The position numbers were made by a program, and so were the translations under genes. Below, in pieces: positions 28,026-37,038 of a DNA stretch of 64,000 nt. The notes below the pieces were generated by a model that was not told where the DNA came from, did not search any database, and saw nothing but the letters and a program-made list of their open reading frames with translations. The stretch is from a virus (lineage: Duplodnaviria; Caudoviricetes), in IMG/VR virus record IMGVR_UViG_2511231106_000004, positions 1 to 64,000 of that record. One strand, written 5' to 3'. Position 1 is the first letter of the stretch. Each line of letters begins with the position of its first letter.

Positions 28026-29794
28026 CTTCCACTCCTTACGATGATCTTCACCAGCCGCACGTTTTCTGCGGTATCGTCCTTCACGATCTGTCCCACCGCC
28101 TGGGTAAGACTTTCGCCCGAAAGGGCCATCCGGCCCACTCCCGGCATTTCGGAAGGGATCACCCATCCGCCTTTCTTGGCTTTCCCATACATCCGGACAG
28201 GCACACGGCCGGCCAGGGCTACGGGGATATACGTAGGGAGGTTCACTTTCAGGATGTCGTCCCCCGGAGAAAGGGTCCGGCCACCGATGATGGAAGCGAA
28301 ATCTTCCGTATGGACTCCCACCACACACAGGCTGCCGGCAGTGGCTTTGATATATTGCTCTTTGCCAGAAGTTTCGTCCAGGGCAATGATGTCTCCCCGC
28401 TGAGTATCCCCGCCCCGGGGAAAGAATTCAGCGTAGTCGTTATAGACCGCGTTGTAGACTTTGGTGGCGGTAATCGTACCCGGAAAAGACGTATTCCCAG
28501 AGGCATCCAGCAGCACAGCTTCTCTTACAAGGGCTCCGAAATAGTTATCTTTTTGGCTATCACTCGTATTCCATTTATACTGTCTAACATAGATGGGTTC
28601 GGCATTGTCATCCCCAGTGGCCAATTCTACCCATCCCGCATTCTCAGCGCCTCCTACCCGGATGCGAAACCGGTCGGAAGTACCACATTTTGCGTAAACC
28701 AAATCGGTGGGGGTATCCACAGGAGCTTCGCTTTCCACCTTAGCGGCCTTCGGATACACTGCCGGCTTGTTCTTCACAAAGGCCTTGCTGTTGGTATCCG
28801 TCACATTCCAGTCGGCCTGTACCTGGTTACTCAGAGCCCCGCTTTGGGCATCGCTGGCAGCTTGGGCCATTTCCGTTTTTGTGGCATAAGTCTCCTGGAT
28901 ATTGTTTCCTGCCGCATCGGAGGTTGCCTTTACCGCGGTTCCGTTCTTATCGAGTTTGGTGCTTATGAGATTGGTGATCGTAGCAGCAAAGTTGGGATCA
29001 TTGCCCAGCGCCGCAGCCAATTCATTCAGGGTATCCAAAGTTTCCGGAGTCCCGTTGAGAACGGATTGAATTGCGGCGGTAATGGCAGCTGCCACGAAAG
29101 CCGTGGTCGCTCCCTGGGTATTGTTTGTCCCGGTCGGTGCCGTGGGAAAGGTCACTTTTCCGGTAAAGTCAGCACCGGACAGATTGGCCTTCTTGGGAAG
29201 GTCGTTGTTGACCAGAGCCGTGTATTTATCCGCGGCCGCTTTCGCACTGGCTGCTGCGTTGGCTGCACTCTTCCCGGCATTGGTGGCCTGGGTAGCAGCC
29301 CCTTCCTGGGAAGCCTTGGCTGCCGCTGCACTGCTGGCAGAGGCTTTGGCACTGGTGTCCGCGGCCTTGGCACTGGCAGATGCTTCGGCAGCACTTTTGG
29401 AAGATGCTTCTGCCCAGGTCTTAGCGGACTTGGCTCCGGCAATCCCGTCCGGGTTTCCAGTACTTTCTGCCCAGGCCCGTGCGGTTGCTGCCCATGTCTT
29501 GCTGGACCGGGCATTTGCAATCCCGTCCGGATTGGTATCACTCTCCGCCCACTGCCGGGCTGTATCTGCCCAGACTTTAGAAGATCGGGTTCCTTCCCCG
29601 GCGGGAGGGCTGTCGCTTTCCGCCCAGGCTTCCGCCATGTTCTGGCTGTTGAGGGCATTCTCTGCATATTCCCCGGCTTTGTTTTTGTATTCCCGGGCCT
29701 GGTCGGCGGCATAGGTATCCGCCACGTCTCCCAGTTCCACTTCCGTGTTATTTTGGACGGTCAGCGTCACTTCCACATTGCCAGTATCAGACAT
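28022..29794 (-). CDS. Tail fibre protein with C-terminal Peptidase_G2-like autocleavage/chaperone domain
   Basis: AWAES repeats, Ala-rich shaft, TLDTLNELAAALGNDPNFA fibre motif, NDYAEFF...VALAGRVPVR. Confidence 0.85.
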   Translation of the reverse strand: MSDTGNVEVTLTVQNNTEVELGDVADTYAADQAREYKNKAGEYAENALNSQNMAEAWAESDSPPAGEGTRSSKVWADTARQWAESDTNPDGIANARSSKTWAATARAWAESTGNPDGIAGAKSAKTWAEASSKSAAEASASAKAADTSAKASASSAAAAKASQEGAATQATNAGKSAANAAASAKAAADKYTALVNNDLPKKANLSGADFTGKVTFPTAPTGTNNTQGATTAFVAAAITAAIQSVLNGTPETLDTLNELAAALGNDPNFAATITNLISTKLDKNGTAVKATSDAAGNNIQETYATKTEMAQAASDAQSGALSNQVQADWNVTDTNSKAFVKNKPAVYPKAAKVESEAPVDTPTDLVYAKCGTSDRFRIRVGGAENAGWVELATGDDNAEPIYVRQYKWNTSDSQKDNYFGALVREAVLLDASGNTSFPGTITATKVYNAVYNDYAEFFPRGGDTQRGDIIALDETSGKEQYIKATAGSLCVVGVHTEDFASIIGGRTLSPGDDILKVNLPTYIPVALAGRVPVRMYGKAKKGGWVIPSEMPGVGRMALSGESLTQAVGQIVKDDTAENVRLVKIIVRSGR

Positions 29795-30122
29795 TGTGAG
29801 CCACCCCCTTGATGATGAAAGATTTGGTAAAGAAACAGGTGAGGATCCGTTCCGTCTCGCTGTTCATGATCGCCATGTCGTAGATGTATGCTCCAGGCTC
29901 CAGGGAATCCAGAGCTCCCTTGGGCACCACCACATCCACGAAGTTGTTGTTGGGATTGTAAAAGGTATCCGTATACACTACTTCGGAAGAGTTCGTGGTC
30001 TTCTTGATGGCAAAGACCACTTTGTCCGCATTGGTCAGCTTGTAGTTGCTAAACCGGAACCGGATGGAAAAGGTATCGTATTGGGATACCTGGATATTCT
30101 TGTTTTCGTCAATGACCAGCAT
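29787..30122 (-). CDS. BppU-like baseplate/fibre adaptor protein
   Basis: YDTFSIRF...VFAIKK...GAYIYDM...SFII beta-sandwich pattern; position. Confidence 0.65.
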   Translation of the reverse strand: MLVIDENKNIQVSQYDTFSIRFRFSNYKLTNADKVVFAIKKTTNSSEVVYTDTFYNPNNNFVDVVVPKGALDSLEPGAYIYDMAIMNSETERILTCFFTKSFIIKGVAHNV

Positions 30123-30123
30123 C

Positions 30124-30768
30124 TTAGCCTCCTCCCGAATCATCGCTGCAGTCACAGTTACAATTGCAGTTGCACTGGGAATTCTCTTTCCAGTATTCTT
30201 CCGTATGAGATCGGTTCACCAGTTCCTGCAGGATGCGCCGGAGGGTGTAGGTTCCTGCCGGGATCCCCCGGTGTTTCCGGATATGGTAAGCAGACTTGAT
30301 GGACAGCGGTCTCGGTACCGATGTGGGGCCTGTCTCCACATCCCAGGAATTCAAACCCATCACCCGGGCGTCCTTGTCTGCCTGAGTGCTGGAAGTAACC
30401 GCAATTTCCACCTGATCGATGAGCCGATCATCGGTCAGTGTTCCCATCCCGTTATAGGTAACCTGTACTGTTTTTCCTGCATCTGCGGCAGAAAACTTCA
30501 GGGTCCCGGTATTCCACCCTTCAATGCCGTGCTCCGTAGTCAGGTAATCTGGCCAGTACTGTCCCTGGGCCGGTTCTTCCGACACTTCCGTCAGGAGCAC
30601 CCCATTTTGATATTTCACTTGCAGTGTGGTGGGCGATGTTTTTTGGGGCACTTCCGCCAGCCGGATGGTATAGGGGCTGTTGCTGGGGATCACGTGGGTT
30701 TCGTCGAAGATTTTCTTGATGTCAAAGGTGTTGTCAAAGGGATTGAATCGATAATCATGGATGGCCAT
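30124..30768 (-). CDS. Tail-module protein with C-terminal CNCNCNCDCSDDSGGG tag
   Basis: MAIHDYRFNPF..., coupled (TGATG) to the tail hub gene; tag shared with the Cys-rich proteins. Confidence 0.85.
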   Translation of the reverse strand: MAIHDYRFNPFDNTFDIKKIFDETHVIPSNSPYTIRLAEVPQKTSPTTLQVKYQNGVLLTEVSEEPAQGQYWPDYLTTEHGIEGWNTGTLKFSAADAGKTVQVTYNGMGTLTDDRLIDQVEIAVTSSTQADKDARVMGLNSWDVETGPTSVPRPLSIKSAYHIRKHRGIPAGTYTLRRILQELVNRSHTEEYWKENSQCNCNCNCDCSDDSGGG

Positions 30769-32012
30769 CAGCTTCCTCCTTTCCATTGTTTCAGGGCCGA
30801 AGACTGGGACTGCTCGATATCCTTGGACCGCCGTTCGATTTCTGACAGATACCGGTCCACGGAAAATTGGGGCTCGCCCAGCTCCATTTCGGTCTTGATG
30901 CCCTTTTCCCCGGAGAGGGTGTATTTGATCTTCTTGATAGGATAGGTATCCGCATTCCCATCCAGCCTTCGGATTTCCGCCAGCCCGTAAGTAGACATAT
31001 GTCGGACGTTGAAGGTCCCGTCCGGGTAAGGGTACTCCAGTCGCACCCCGCTGATCTTGGCGGATTTCACAGGAGCCTTGTACTGGCTGATCTGGTTTTC
31101 GCCCCACCTTTTGGCATCGGCGGCATCGTAGGCTTCCGGCAGGTTCCAGACGGCCTGGTGGACCCCGTAGCTGTTCTGGCTTTCCTTATCTTCCACAACG
31201 CACAGCCACTGCTCGCCCTGGTCGTCCACGCTGCCCCCCTTGATCCGAGCCCAGTTCACCAGTTTGGACACATCCCAGGAAGGGGTGTAGGAAGTAATGT
31301 GTTTTCCTACCGTAAGACGGGCCTGTTCGTTCACTGCTGTCTCTCTGCGGCGAAAGTACAGACACCGGTATTCATCCACTCCGTACACGTAATCCACGGC
31401 AAAGTCCGCCAGGGTATTCAGGGCCTCTTTCACCGTCACCCCGTCAAAGACCAGTTTGGTGGGACGGTATCCCACGCTCTGGATCTTGCTGTCGTTGTAG
31501 ACCACCTGCAATGTCTGCCGTTCCACCTGGCGGGCAATGTCCCGGACGATATCTCCCACGTCCGTATTCTCATAGGTCTTCCAGAGCATCACATTCTCCA
31601 GCCGGTTGTAGAAACCATAGCCTTTGTACACGAACTTGGTATCCGTAGTCCCTTCAATAGGCCGGCTGATGATGTACCCGCTGTACCAGGGTTTCCGGTC
31701 TCCGTACAGGTGGATGTCGATACGCTGCATATAGTCCAGCTGGGCGTTATCCGGCTGCCGGTAAAAGGTCATCTGGCACTGGCCACAGCCGGTGCTGGTG
31801 ATTTCAAAGGTCACTTCATTCAGGGTATTGGCCTCGCTGCCCCCGCCAAAAATAGCCGTCCGGGTCCCGTCCTTTTTGTAGGCATAGACCACGAACTGGC
31901 CGGGATAGTACTCATGGACCTTGCCCCGGTCGCTGTTTCCTTCACCGGCCCCAGTAGGACCGGCAAAGATCCACCGGCCGAACAGGCCCCGTCCAAAGAT
32001 GAAATTCGTCAT
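30768..32012 (-). CDS. Tail hub / Tal-like protein
   Basis: Follows Dit; YENTDVGDIVRDI, SQNSYG patterns. Confidence 0.75.
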   Translation of the reverse strand: MTNFIFGRGLFGRWIFAGPTGAGEGNSDRGKVHEYYPGQFVVYAYKKDGTRTAIFGGGSEANTLNEVTFEITSTGCGQCQMTFYRQPDNAQLDYMQRIDIHLYGDRKPWYSGYIISRPIEGTTDTKFVYKGYGFYNRLENVMLWKTYENTDVGDIVRDIARQVERQTLQVVYNDSKIQSVGYRPTKLVFDGVTVKEALNTLADFAVDYVYGVDEYRCLYFRRRETAVNEQARLTVGKHITSYTPSWDVSKLVNWARIKGGSVDDQGEQWLCVVEDKESQNSYGVHQAVWNLPEAYDAADAKRWGENQISQYKAPVKSAKISGVRLEYPYPDGTFNVRHMSTYGLAEIRRLDGNADTYPIKKIKYTLSGEKGIKTEMELGEPQFSVDRYLSEIERRSKDIEQSQSSALKQWKGGS

Positions 32013-32794
32013 ACAAACCACCTGTTGGTATAGGTAATTTCCACCGTGCCCGCTCCTCCTGTGTACAGAAAGAGGTTGGCTCCCGGTTTGGCATGGAGGA
32101 AGGTGCCCGTAAAGGCATTGATGCTGTTGTCTTTATCCCGCCAGACTGTCCCTTCCCGGCCATTCACAATGGAGGTCTTGGGAGCCACCAGCAGTGCATC
32201 CGTCAGGGTGAACTTCTCTTTGGCTTCCTGGTGCCAGACCGTAAGGTTCGTCATCCGGTCCAGGGGAATGAAGCGGAAAGTGAGAGGCGTATCCACGCTC
32301 CCCAGGTTGTGGAGCACCATTTCTGCCTGCACCGTGGCCTGGGGAAAGACGAACACCACCCGGGATTCCTGGGCTTCGTAGCGGAACGGGTCTGCCAAAA
32401 GCAGGGATACTGTGATGTTGCTCCGCCTCTGTTTGAAACCGTTCTCAAACTTGTGCTTGATCTTGGACAAACAGGCTACATGGTAGACCCGGTCCGGTCT
32501 TCCCGCCATCAGGGAATAATCCGTCTGGCCAAAGAAGGTGTAGGCCTCGTTCAGCACTTCGTCATGGTCTTCTTCCGTAGCACCTTCCATGGAAAACTCC
32601 ACCTGGAGAGTCCGTCCGTCAATCTTTCCATCCCCCACTGCATCACTTCCATGGGCAAAGGCCCGGGACTGGAGCTTGCTCCGAAAAGTATAGCTGCCGC
32701 TGTCCGTAAGGCTCCAATGGACCGGCAGCTTGTATTCCACCCCGTCTTTGGTGATGGTAAAATTCTGTTCGTTTTCTTTTCTTTCCGGAAACAT
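32009..32794 (-). CDS. Distal tail protein (Dit)
   Basis: Downstream of the tape measure; ADPFRY, NLGSVDTP, PGANLF. Confidence 0.8.
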   Translation of the reverse strand: MFPERKENEQNFTITKDGVEYKLPVHWSLTDSGSYTFRSKLQSRAFAHGSDAVGDGKIDGRTLQVEFSMEGATEEDHDEVLNEAYTFFGQTDYSLMAGRPDRVYHVACLSKIKHKFENGFKQRRSNITVSLLLADPFRYEAQESRVVFVFPQATVQAEMVLHNLGSVDTPLTFRFIPLDRMTNLTVWHQEAKEKFTLTDALLVAPKTSIVNGREGTVWRDKDNSINAFTGTFLHAKPGANLFLYTGGAGTVEITYTNRWFV

Positions 32795-32830
32795 GCTCTT
32801 TCACCTCCTGGTTCCCACTACCTTTTTTTA

Positions 32831-33133
32831 TCAGTTGTTGGAATCCTGATCAAAGGGAACGAAGTCCCCATGATTAATTTCATACCGGATTACCACGTCA
32901 CCATCCTGTTTGGTGATGGCCACATCATTTTCCACGTAGGATTCAATCAGGTGTCCATTGACCATCCGTTTCTGGTAGCAGGTGGGGTTCCGATCCGTGA
33001 TTCCAGTTCCAGGATCCCCCACGATTTCGCGGATGTCAGTAGCAAAAGCCGTTCCCGCAATGCCAGCTACCAGGGCCAGAGTCATTGCCATCATTTTCAT
33101 GTTCTTCATCGTGCATCTCTCCTTTTTGTGCAT
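32831..33133 (-). CDS. Small secreted moron protein
   Basis: Signal peptide ending TAFA; inserted between TMP and Dit. Confidence 0.7.
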   Translation of the reverse strand: MHKKERCTMKNMKMMAMTLALVAGIAGTAFATDIREIVGDPGTGITDRNPTCYQKRMVNGHLIESYVENDVAITKQDGDVVIRYEINHGDFVPFDQDSNN

Positions 33134-33216
33134 AAAGATAGGGCAGCCGGTTTTCCGGCGCCCTTGTAGAAAGCTATTAAATTCAGGTATAAGTAAAATT
33201 GTTCCAACGGTTGGCT

Positions 33217-36200
33217 TTACGCTCCTCTCAGTCCTGCCAGGACAGCATCGGTGAAGCCATCCATCAGATCATCCAGATCTGCGGCGTTGTTGATGTCTCC
33301 GTAGTTGTTGAACGTGGTGTTCATTTCCCGGTTGTCCGTAGATTCGCTGGAATTTGTGATGCCTTCGGCAATGCTGTCGAACACCGCCCTGTTCAGGGGT
33401 AAGGCCACTTCGTCACCGGCATCCCCCAGGACACCAATAAGAGGTCTTGTAAAATAGCCGCCTTTGGCATAATGAGGAGTCTTCCCCGCTCCCTGGGCCG
33501 CACCGGCAGCCGTATTGGACGCAGCTGCTGCCATGCCGATGCCCACTGCCGCGGACGTACCTCCCGTCAGAAGGCCCGTAGCGATGGGACCTGCAGACGG
33601 GTCGATGACCAGTTTCAGCCAGGCCGCAGGAGCCAGAGCCCCGGCCGCTGCCGTTCCCTGAGCCACCGTCTTGGCGGCACTGGCCGCATTGAGCTTATCC
33701 CCGAAGAGAGCTGTCACCAGCATCCCGGACAGCATCTGGGAGAAATAGCTTGCGATGGTTTTCAGCATGGCCTTTCCCAGATCCAGGAAGGCATCCTTGG
33801 CGTTCTTGGCCCCAGTCAGGATATCCGTAAAGGCTGTCTCCAGACCGCTTAAGGTGGTGGACGCCATGTCCGCGATGAGTTCCAGGGTTCCCATATGGGC
33901 ATTCATATAGGCTTCCTGGTAGGTATCCATGAGAGACTTTTCCGCATCGATGTTGCTTTGCCGGAGGGCCATTTCTGCTGTGAGAGTCTCCTGCAGCATG
34001 GCCAGGGAATTCTGGTTGTAGGCTTCATCCAGAGCTGCCTGGATGTCTTTCCCCTGGGCAAAGTAGGCGTTCCGTTCCTCCATATAGCTTTTGTAGGCTG
34101 CTGCTTTTTCCAGATTGGCCTGTTTGTCAAAGGCAATCTCGTTGGCACTGGCCTGTTCATAGGCAATGCCTTTTTCCTTCAGAGCGTTCAGGAATACAGC
34201 CTTTTCACTGGCCGTCAAAGAAATAAAGTCCTGGGACAGCTTGGCGTACTTGTCATCAATGGACGCCACGGCCTTTTCCATGTCGGACTGCATCTTCATG
34301 ACTTCCTGTTCCTGTTTGGAACCATAGAGGGTAAGTTTGGCAGTAACGGCATCAAAAGACAGGTCCCGGGCTTTGTTCATCAGTTCCCGGTTTTTGGCCT
34401 GTTCTTCCGAAAGGGCGTCCAGGCGCTTCTGGGCATATAGCTCTGCCAGACGGGTCTTATCCCGTTCGTAGTTCTCGTTGGCAGACCGGGATTTTTCCAG
34501 TTCGTCCGTTTCTTCCTTGTACCAACGATCCACCAGGGCACTCTTGGTCTGGAATGTCCGGAACCATTCTTCTTCGATACTCTTGCTGGTCTGAATAGCG
34601 GCATTGGCCAACTGATCTGTTTCTCTGGAGCTTCCTCCCCCTCCGCCACCACCAGAACCACCGCCGCCTCCTCCACCTCCAGAAGGAACTGGGATATCCC
34701 CACCTCCCCCTCGAAGATTGCTGAAGTCCGGCAGCTTAAATTCCCGTTTGGCAGGAGTGCTACTGCCCCCGCCACCTTCTCCACCGCTTTCGCTACCCAT
34801 GGAACCCAGAGCATTGTTGGTTTCCAGGATTTTCTGGATCAGGCTGGAGAGCCAGCTAATGGCTTCGCTGACAAAGTTGGCGATAGTGGAAAGGCCGCTG
34901 GAAGCCCAGGAAGGAAGAATACTATCCGCCATGTCAGACAGAATGCTTCCCACTTCATCGATACAGGAACCGATGCCTTCCACCAGATAGGTGAAGGCAT
35001 TGAGAATCCAGGTCACACATTCACTGAGGACACTGATGAAGTTCAGCACCCCGTTCACCACGGCTCCGATGATCTGGAGGGACGCATAGAAGGCGGCTCC
35101 CATCACGGCAGCCACCAGGGTGAACACCGGCTCCATTGCCTGGAGATTGGCGATGATGGTCTGGGCCGCGGCACTGATCATTGCCTGCACAGAATCCACA
35201 GCCCGGGTGACCGTTTCCATCTTGATGCCCATAGTCCCCAGCACATCTTCCACGGTCATCCCGCTTTTCCAGATGGCATAGAGGGCCGTAGCCACCGCTG
35301 CCGCAGCCGCGATAAAAGGAGCTGCAGCCACTACTGCTGCCACAAAAGGAGCCGCCATCAGGGCCACCTTGGCCACAAAAAGTCCAATGGCCGGAATGGC
35401 AAGGCCAGTGAGAGTACTCACAATGAGGAGGATTCCTGCCTGGAATTCAGGAGGAATGGCTGTCATAAGAGCTTCCGTAAGTCCGGAAGACTGGACGGTG
35501 GCTGCAAAGTTCGTCAGCATATCCCCCAGGGACTGGAAAATCCCCGTCAGGTTCAGGGCTTCCGCAAGCTGGAGCCCTACCTGGGCCGCAGACTGTTCCA
35601 GCCCATCCATCAGGGTGGACCAGGTACCGCTGATGGTCTGGCTCTGCTGATCCATCATGCCCCCAAAGGACTGCTCCATGCCGCCGACTAAGGCCGTGAT
35701 GCCCGTTGCCGCGTCAATGGCTCCCTTGGACACCATGCTCATGGCTTCCGGCACAGACACACCGATCTGGTCTGCCAGCATCTTCCAGGCAGGGATCCCG
35801 GTTTCGGTAAACTGCATCATTTCACCGGCCTGGACCTTGGACTTGGCGGCCATCTGGCCCAAAGCCAGGGTGATCCGGTTGACGCCTTCCGCCCCAAGAC
35901 CGACCCCAGCCGCGGCATCCCCAACTGCCGTAAGGGTCGGTATAACCTGTTCTGCAGAAAACCCAAAGGCGATGAACTTCTGGGCCGCCTGGGACACCTG
36001 GCTGAACTCAAAGGGGGTCTTGGCCGCAAAGTCCTGCATCTTGGCCAGAAAGTCCTGGGCTTTTTCCGCGCTCCCCAGCATATTGGTGAAGGCAGTCTTG
36101 GTACTCTGGAGACTGGCCCCTGCTTTCACAGATGCCACTCCCAGGGCAGCCAGGCCGGCCCCGATGCCGCCTAAGACGGCCAGGGATTTCTTCGAAACGT

Positions 36201-36315
36201 CCAGAGCCTCGCTCCCGAAGGCGGTCTTGATCTGACGTTTGGTTGCATTGAGTTCTTTCCGGAGGTCAGAAGTATCCGCCCCGATCTTTACCAGAAGGTC
36301 AGCGATGGTTGCCAT
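33217..36315 (-). CDS. Tape measure protein
   Basis: IADLLVKIGAD, FAAKTPF, LGQM tape-measure domain; hydrophobic helical middle. Confidence 0.95.
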   Translation of the reverse strand: MATIADLLVKIGADTSDLRKELNATKRQIKTAFGSEALDVSKKSLAVLGGIGAGLAALGVASVKAGASLQSTKTAFTNMLGSAEKAQDFLAKMQDFAAKTPFEFSQVSQAAQKFIAFGFSAEQVIPTLTAVGDAAAGVGLGAEGVNRITLALGQMAAKSKVQAGEMMQFTETGIPAWKMLADQIGVSVPEAMSMVSKGAIDAATGITALVGGMEQSFGGMMDQQSQTISGTWSTLMDGLEQSAAQVGLQLAEALNLTGIFQSLGDMLTNFAATVQSSGLTEALMTAIPPEFQAGILLIVSTLTGLAIPAIGLFVAKVALMAAPFVAAVVAAAPFIAAAAAVATALYAIWKSGMTVEDVLGTMGIKMETVTRAVDSVQAMISAAAQTIIANLQAMEPVFTLVAAVMGAAFYASLQIIGAVVNGVLNFISVLSECVTWILNAFTYLVEGIGSCIDEVGSILSDMADSILPSWASSGLSTIANFVSEAISWLSSLIQKILETNNALGSMGSESGGEGGGGSSTPAKREFKLPDFSNLRGGGGDIPVPSGGGGGGGGSGGGGGGGSSRETDQLANAAIQTSKSIEEEWFRTFQTKSALVDRWYKEETDELEKSRSANENYERDKTRLAELYAQKRLDALSEEQAKNRELMNKARDLSFDAVTAKLTLYGSKQEQEVMKMQSDMEKAVASIDDKYAKLSQDFISLTASEKAVFLNALKEKGIAYEQASANEIAFDKQANLEKAAAYKSYMEERNAYFAQGKDIQAALDEAYNQNSLAMLQETLTAEMALRQSNIDAEKSLMDTYQEAYMNAHMGTLELIADMASTTLSGLETAFTDILTGAKNAKDAFLDLGKAMLKTIASYFSQMLSGMLVTALFGDKLNAASAAKTVAQGTAAAGALAPAAWLKLVIDPSAGPIATGLLTGGTSAAVGIGMAAAASNTAAGAAQGAGKTPHYAKGGYFTRPLIGVLGDAGDEVALPLNRAVFDSIAEGITNSSESTDNREMNTTFNNYGDINNAADLDDLMDGFTDAVLAGLRGA

Positions 36316-36655
36316 TTCCGTCAGCTCCTTTCCGTCTGAATTCCTCGAAGAAGGCATCCCGTTCTGCTACGATTTCACTGCTTGTCTTTTTGGGCAGGAA
36401 GGGTTTCATCAGCTTCTCTGTCCGTACCGGTTTCCGGGTGTGGACGCTCATGAGACAGGCCACCCAATAGGCAGTCGCCCATTTCTTCCGTTCTTCTGCC
36501 TTTACCCGGCACTCGGCCATCCGGTCCAGTTCCAGGGGAGTTAACGCATAAAACTGGGCAGGCAGAAGATGCAGGAGGCCATAGGCTACTTCTTCCGCCC
36601 ACCGCAGCCAGTCGTTAAAAGACGGGACTTCTTCCTGTCCCGCCGTCAGTTTTTT
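36299..36655 (-). CDS. Tail assembly chaperone extension (gpGT-like, -1 frameshift product)
   Basis: Open -1 frame from the slippery site: KLTAGQEEVPSFNDWLRWAEEVAYGLLHLLPAQFYALTPLEL... Confidence 0.75.
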   Translation of the reverse strand, partial: KKLTAGQEEVPSFNDWLRWAEEVAYGLLHLLPAQFYALTPLELDRMAECRVKAEERKKWATAYWVACLMSVHTRKPVRTEKLMKPFLPKKTSSEIVAERDAFFEEFRRKGADGNGNHR

Positions 36656-37020
36656 GGCTTCGCTTTTCCCTTGCCCTGTTCTTTACCAGGGTCTTCTTCC
36701 GGAAAGATAGCATAGTACACTTCTTTCCCCAGAATTCCGGAACCAGCAATAGCCTTCACCACAGGCTGGACGAATTCTTCCATCTCATGCCCCTGGTCAA
36801 TGAGTTCCTGCATCTTGGTGGCATACCACTGGGGATTCTTGATGCCGTGCTGCCGGAGGCCGATAGAAAGAAGGGCCGTCAGGATTCCCAGGTTCAGTTC
36901 CTGGTTCCGGATAATGTCCCCGGCGCTTTTGCCGGTAATGTTTTCCACCTGGATCAGCCGACCGATATCGAAATACAGATACTGGCCGGGACCAAAGACT
37001 TCAAAGTCGATTTTCTTCAT
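36646..37020 (-). CDS. Tail assembly chaperone (gpG-like)
   Basis: Between major tail and TMP; ends KPKN. Confidence 0.8.
   Translation of the reverse strand: MKKIDFEVFGPGQYLYFDIGRLIQVENITGKSAGDIIRNQELNLGILTALLSIGLRQHGIKNPQWYATKMQELIDQGHEMEEFVQPVVKAIAGSGILGKEVYYAIFPEEDPGKEQGKGKAKPKN
36649..36655 (-). other. Programmed -1 ribosomal frameshift site A AAA AAC
   Basis: X XXY YYZ heptamer immediately before the chaperone stop codon. Confidence 0.8.
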
Positions 37021-37038
37021 GGAATGTTACTCCTCCTC

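Noticed and set aside
28022-30768. Diversity-generating retroelement or invertible tail-fibre cassette
   Set aside because: No reverse transcriptase, TR/VR pair or inverted fibre segments seen.
33140-33200. Purine riboswitch-like TTTCTAC followed by a hairpin
   Set aside because: Lacks the conserved loop sequences and three-stem junction; kept only as a hairpin.
34620-34800. Gly-rich low-complexity runs in the tape measure gene
   Set aside because: Common linker feature of tape measure proteins.
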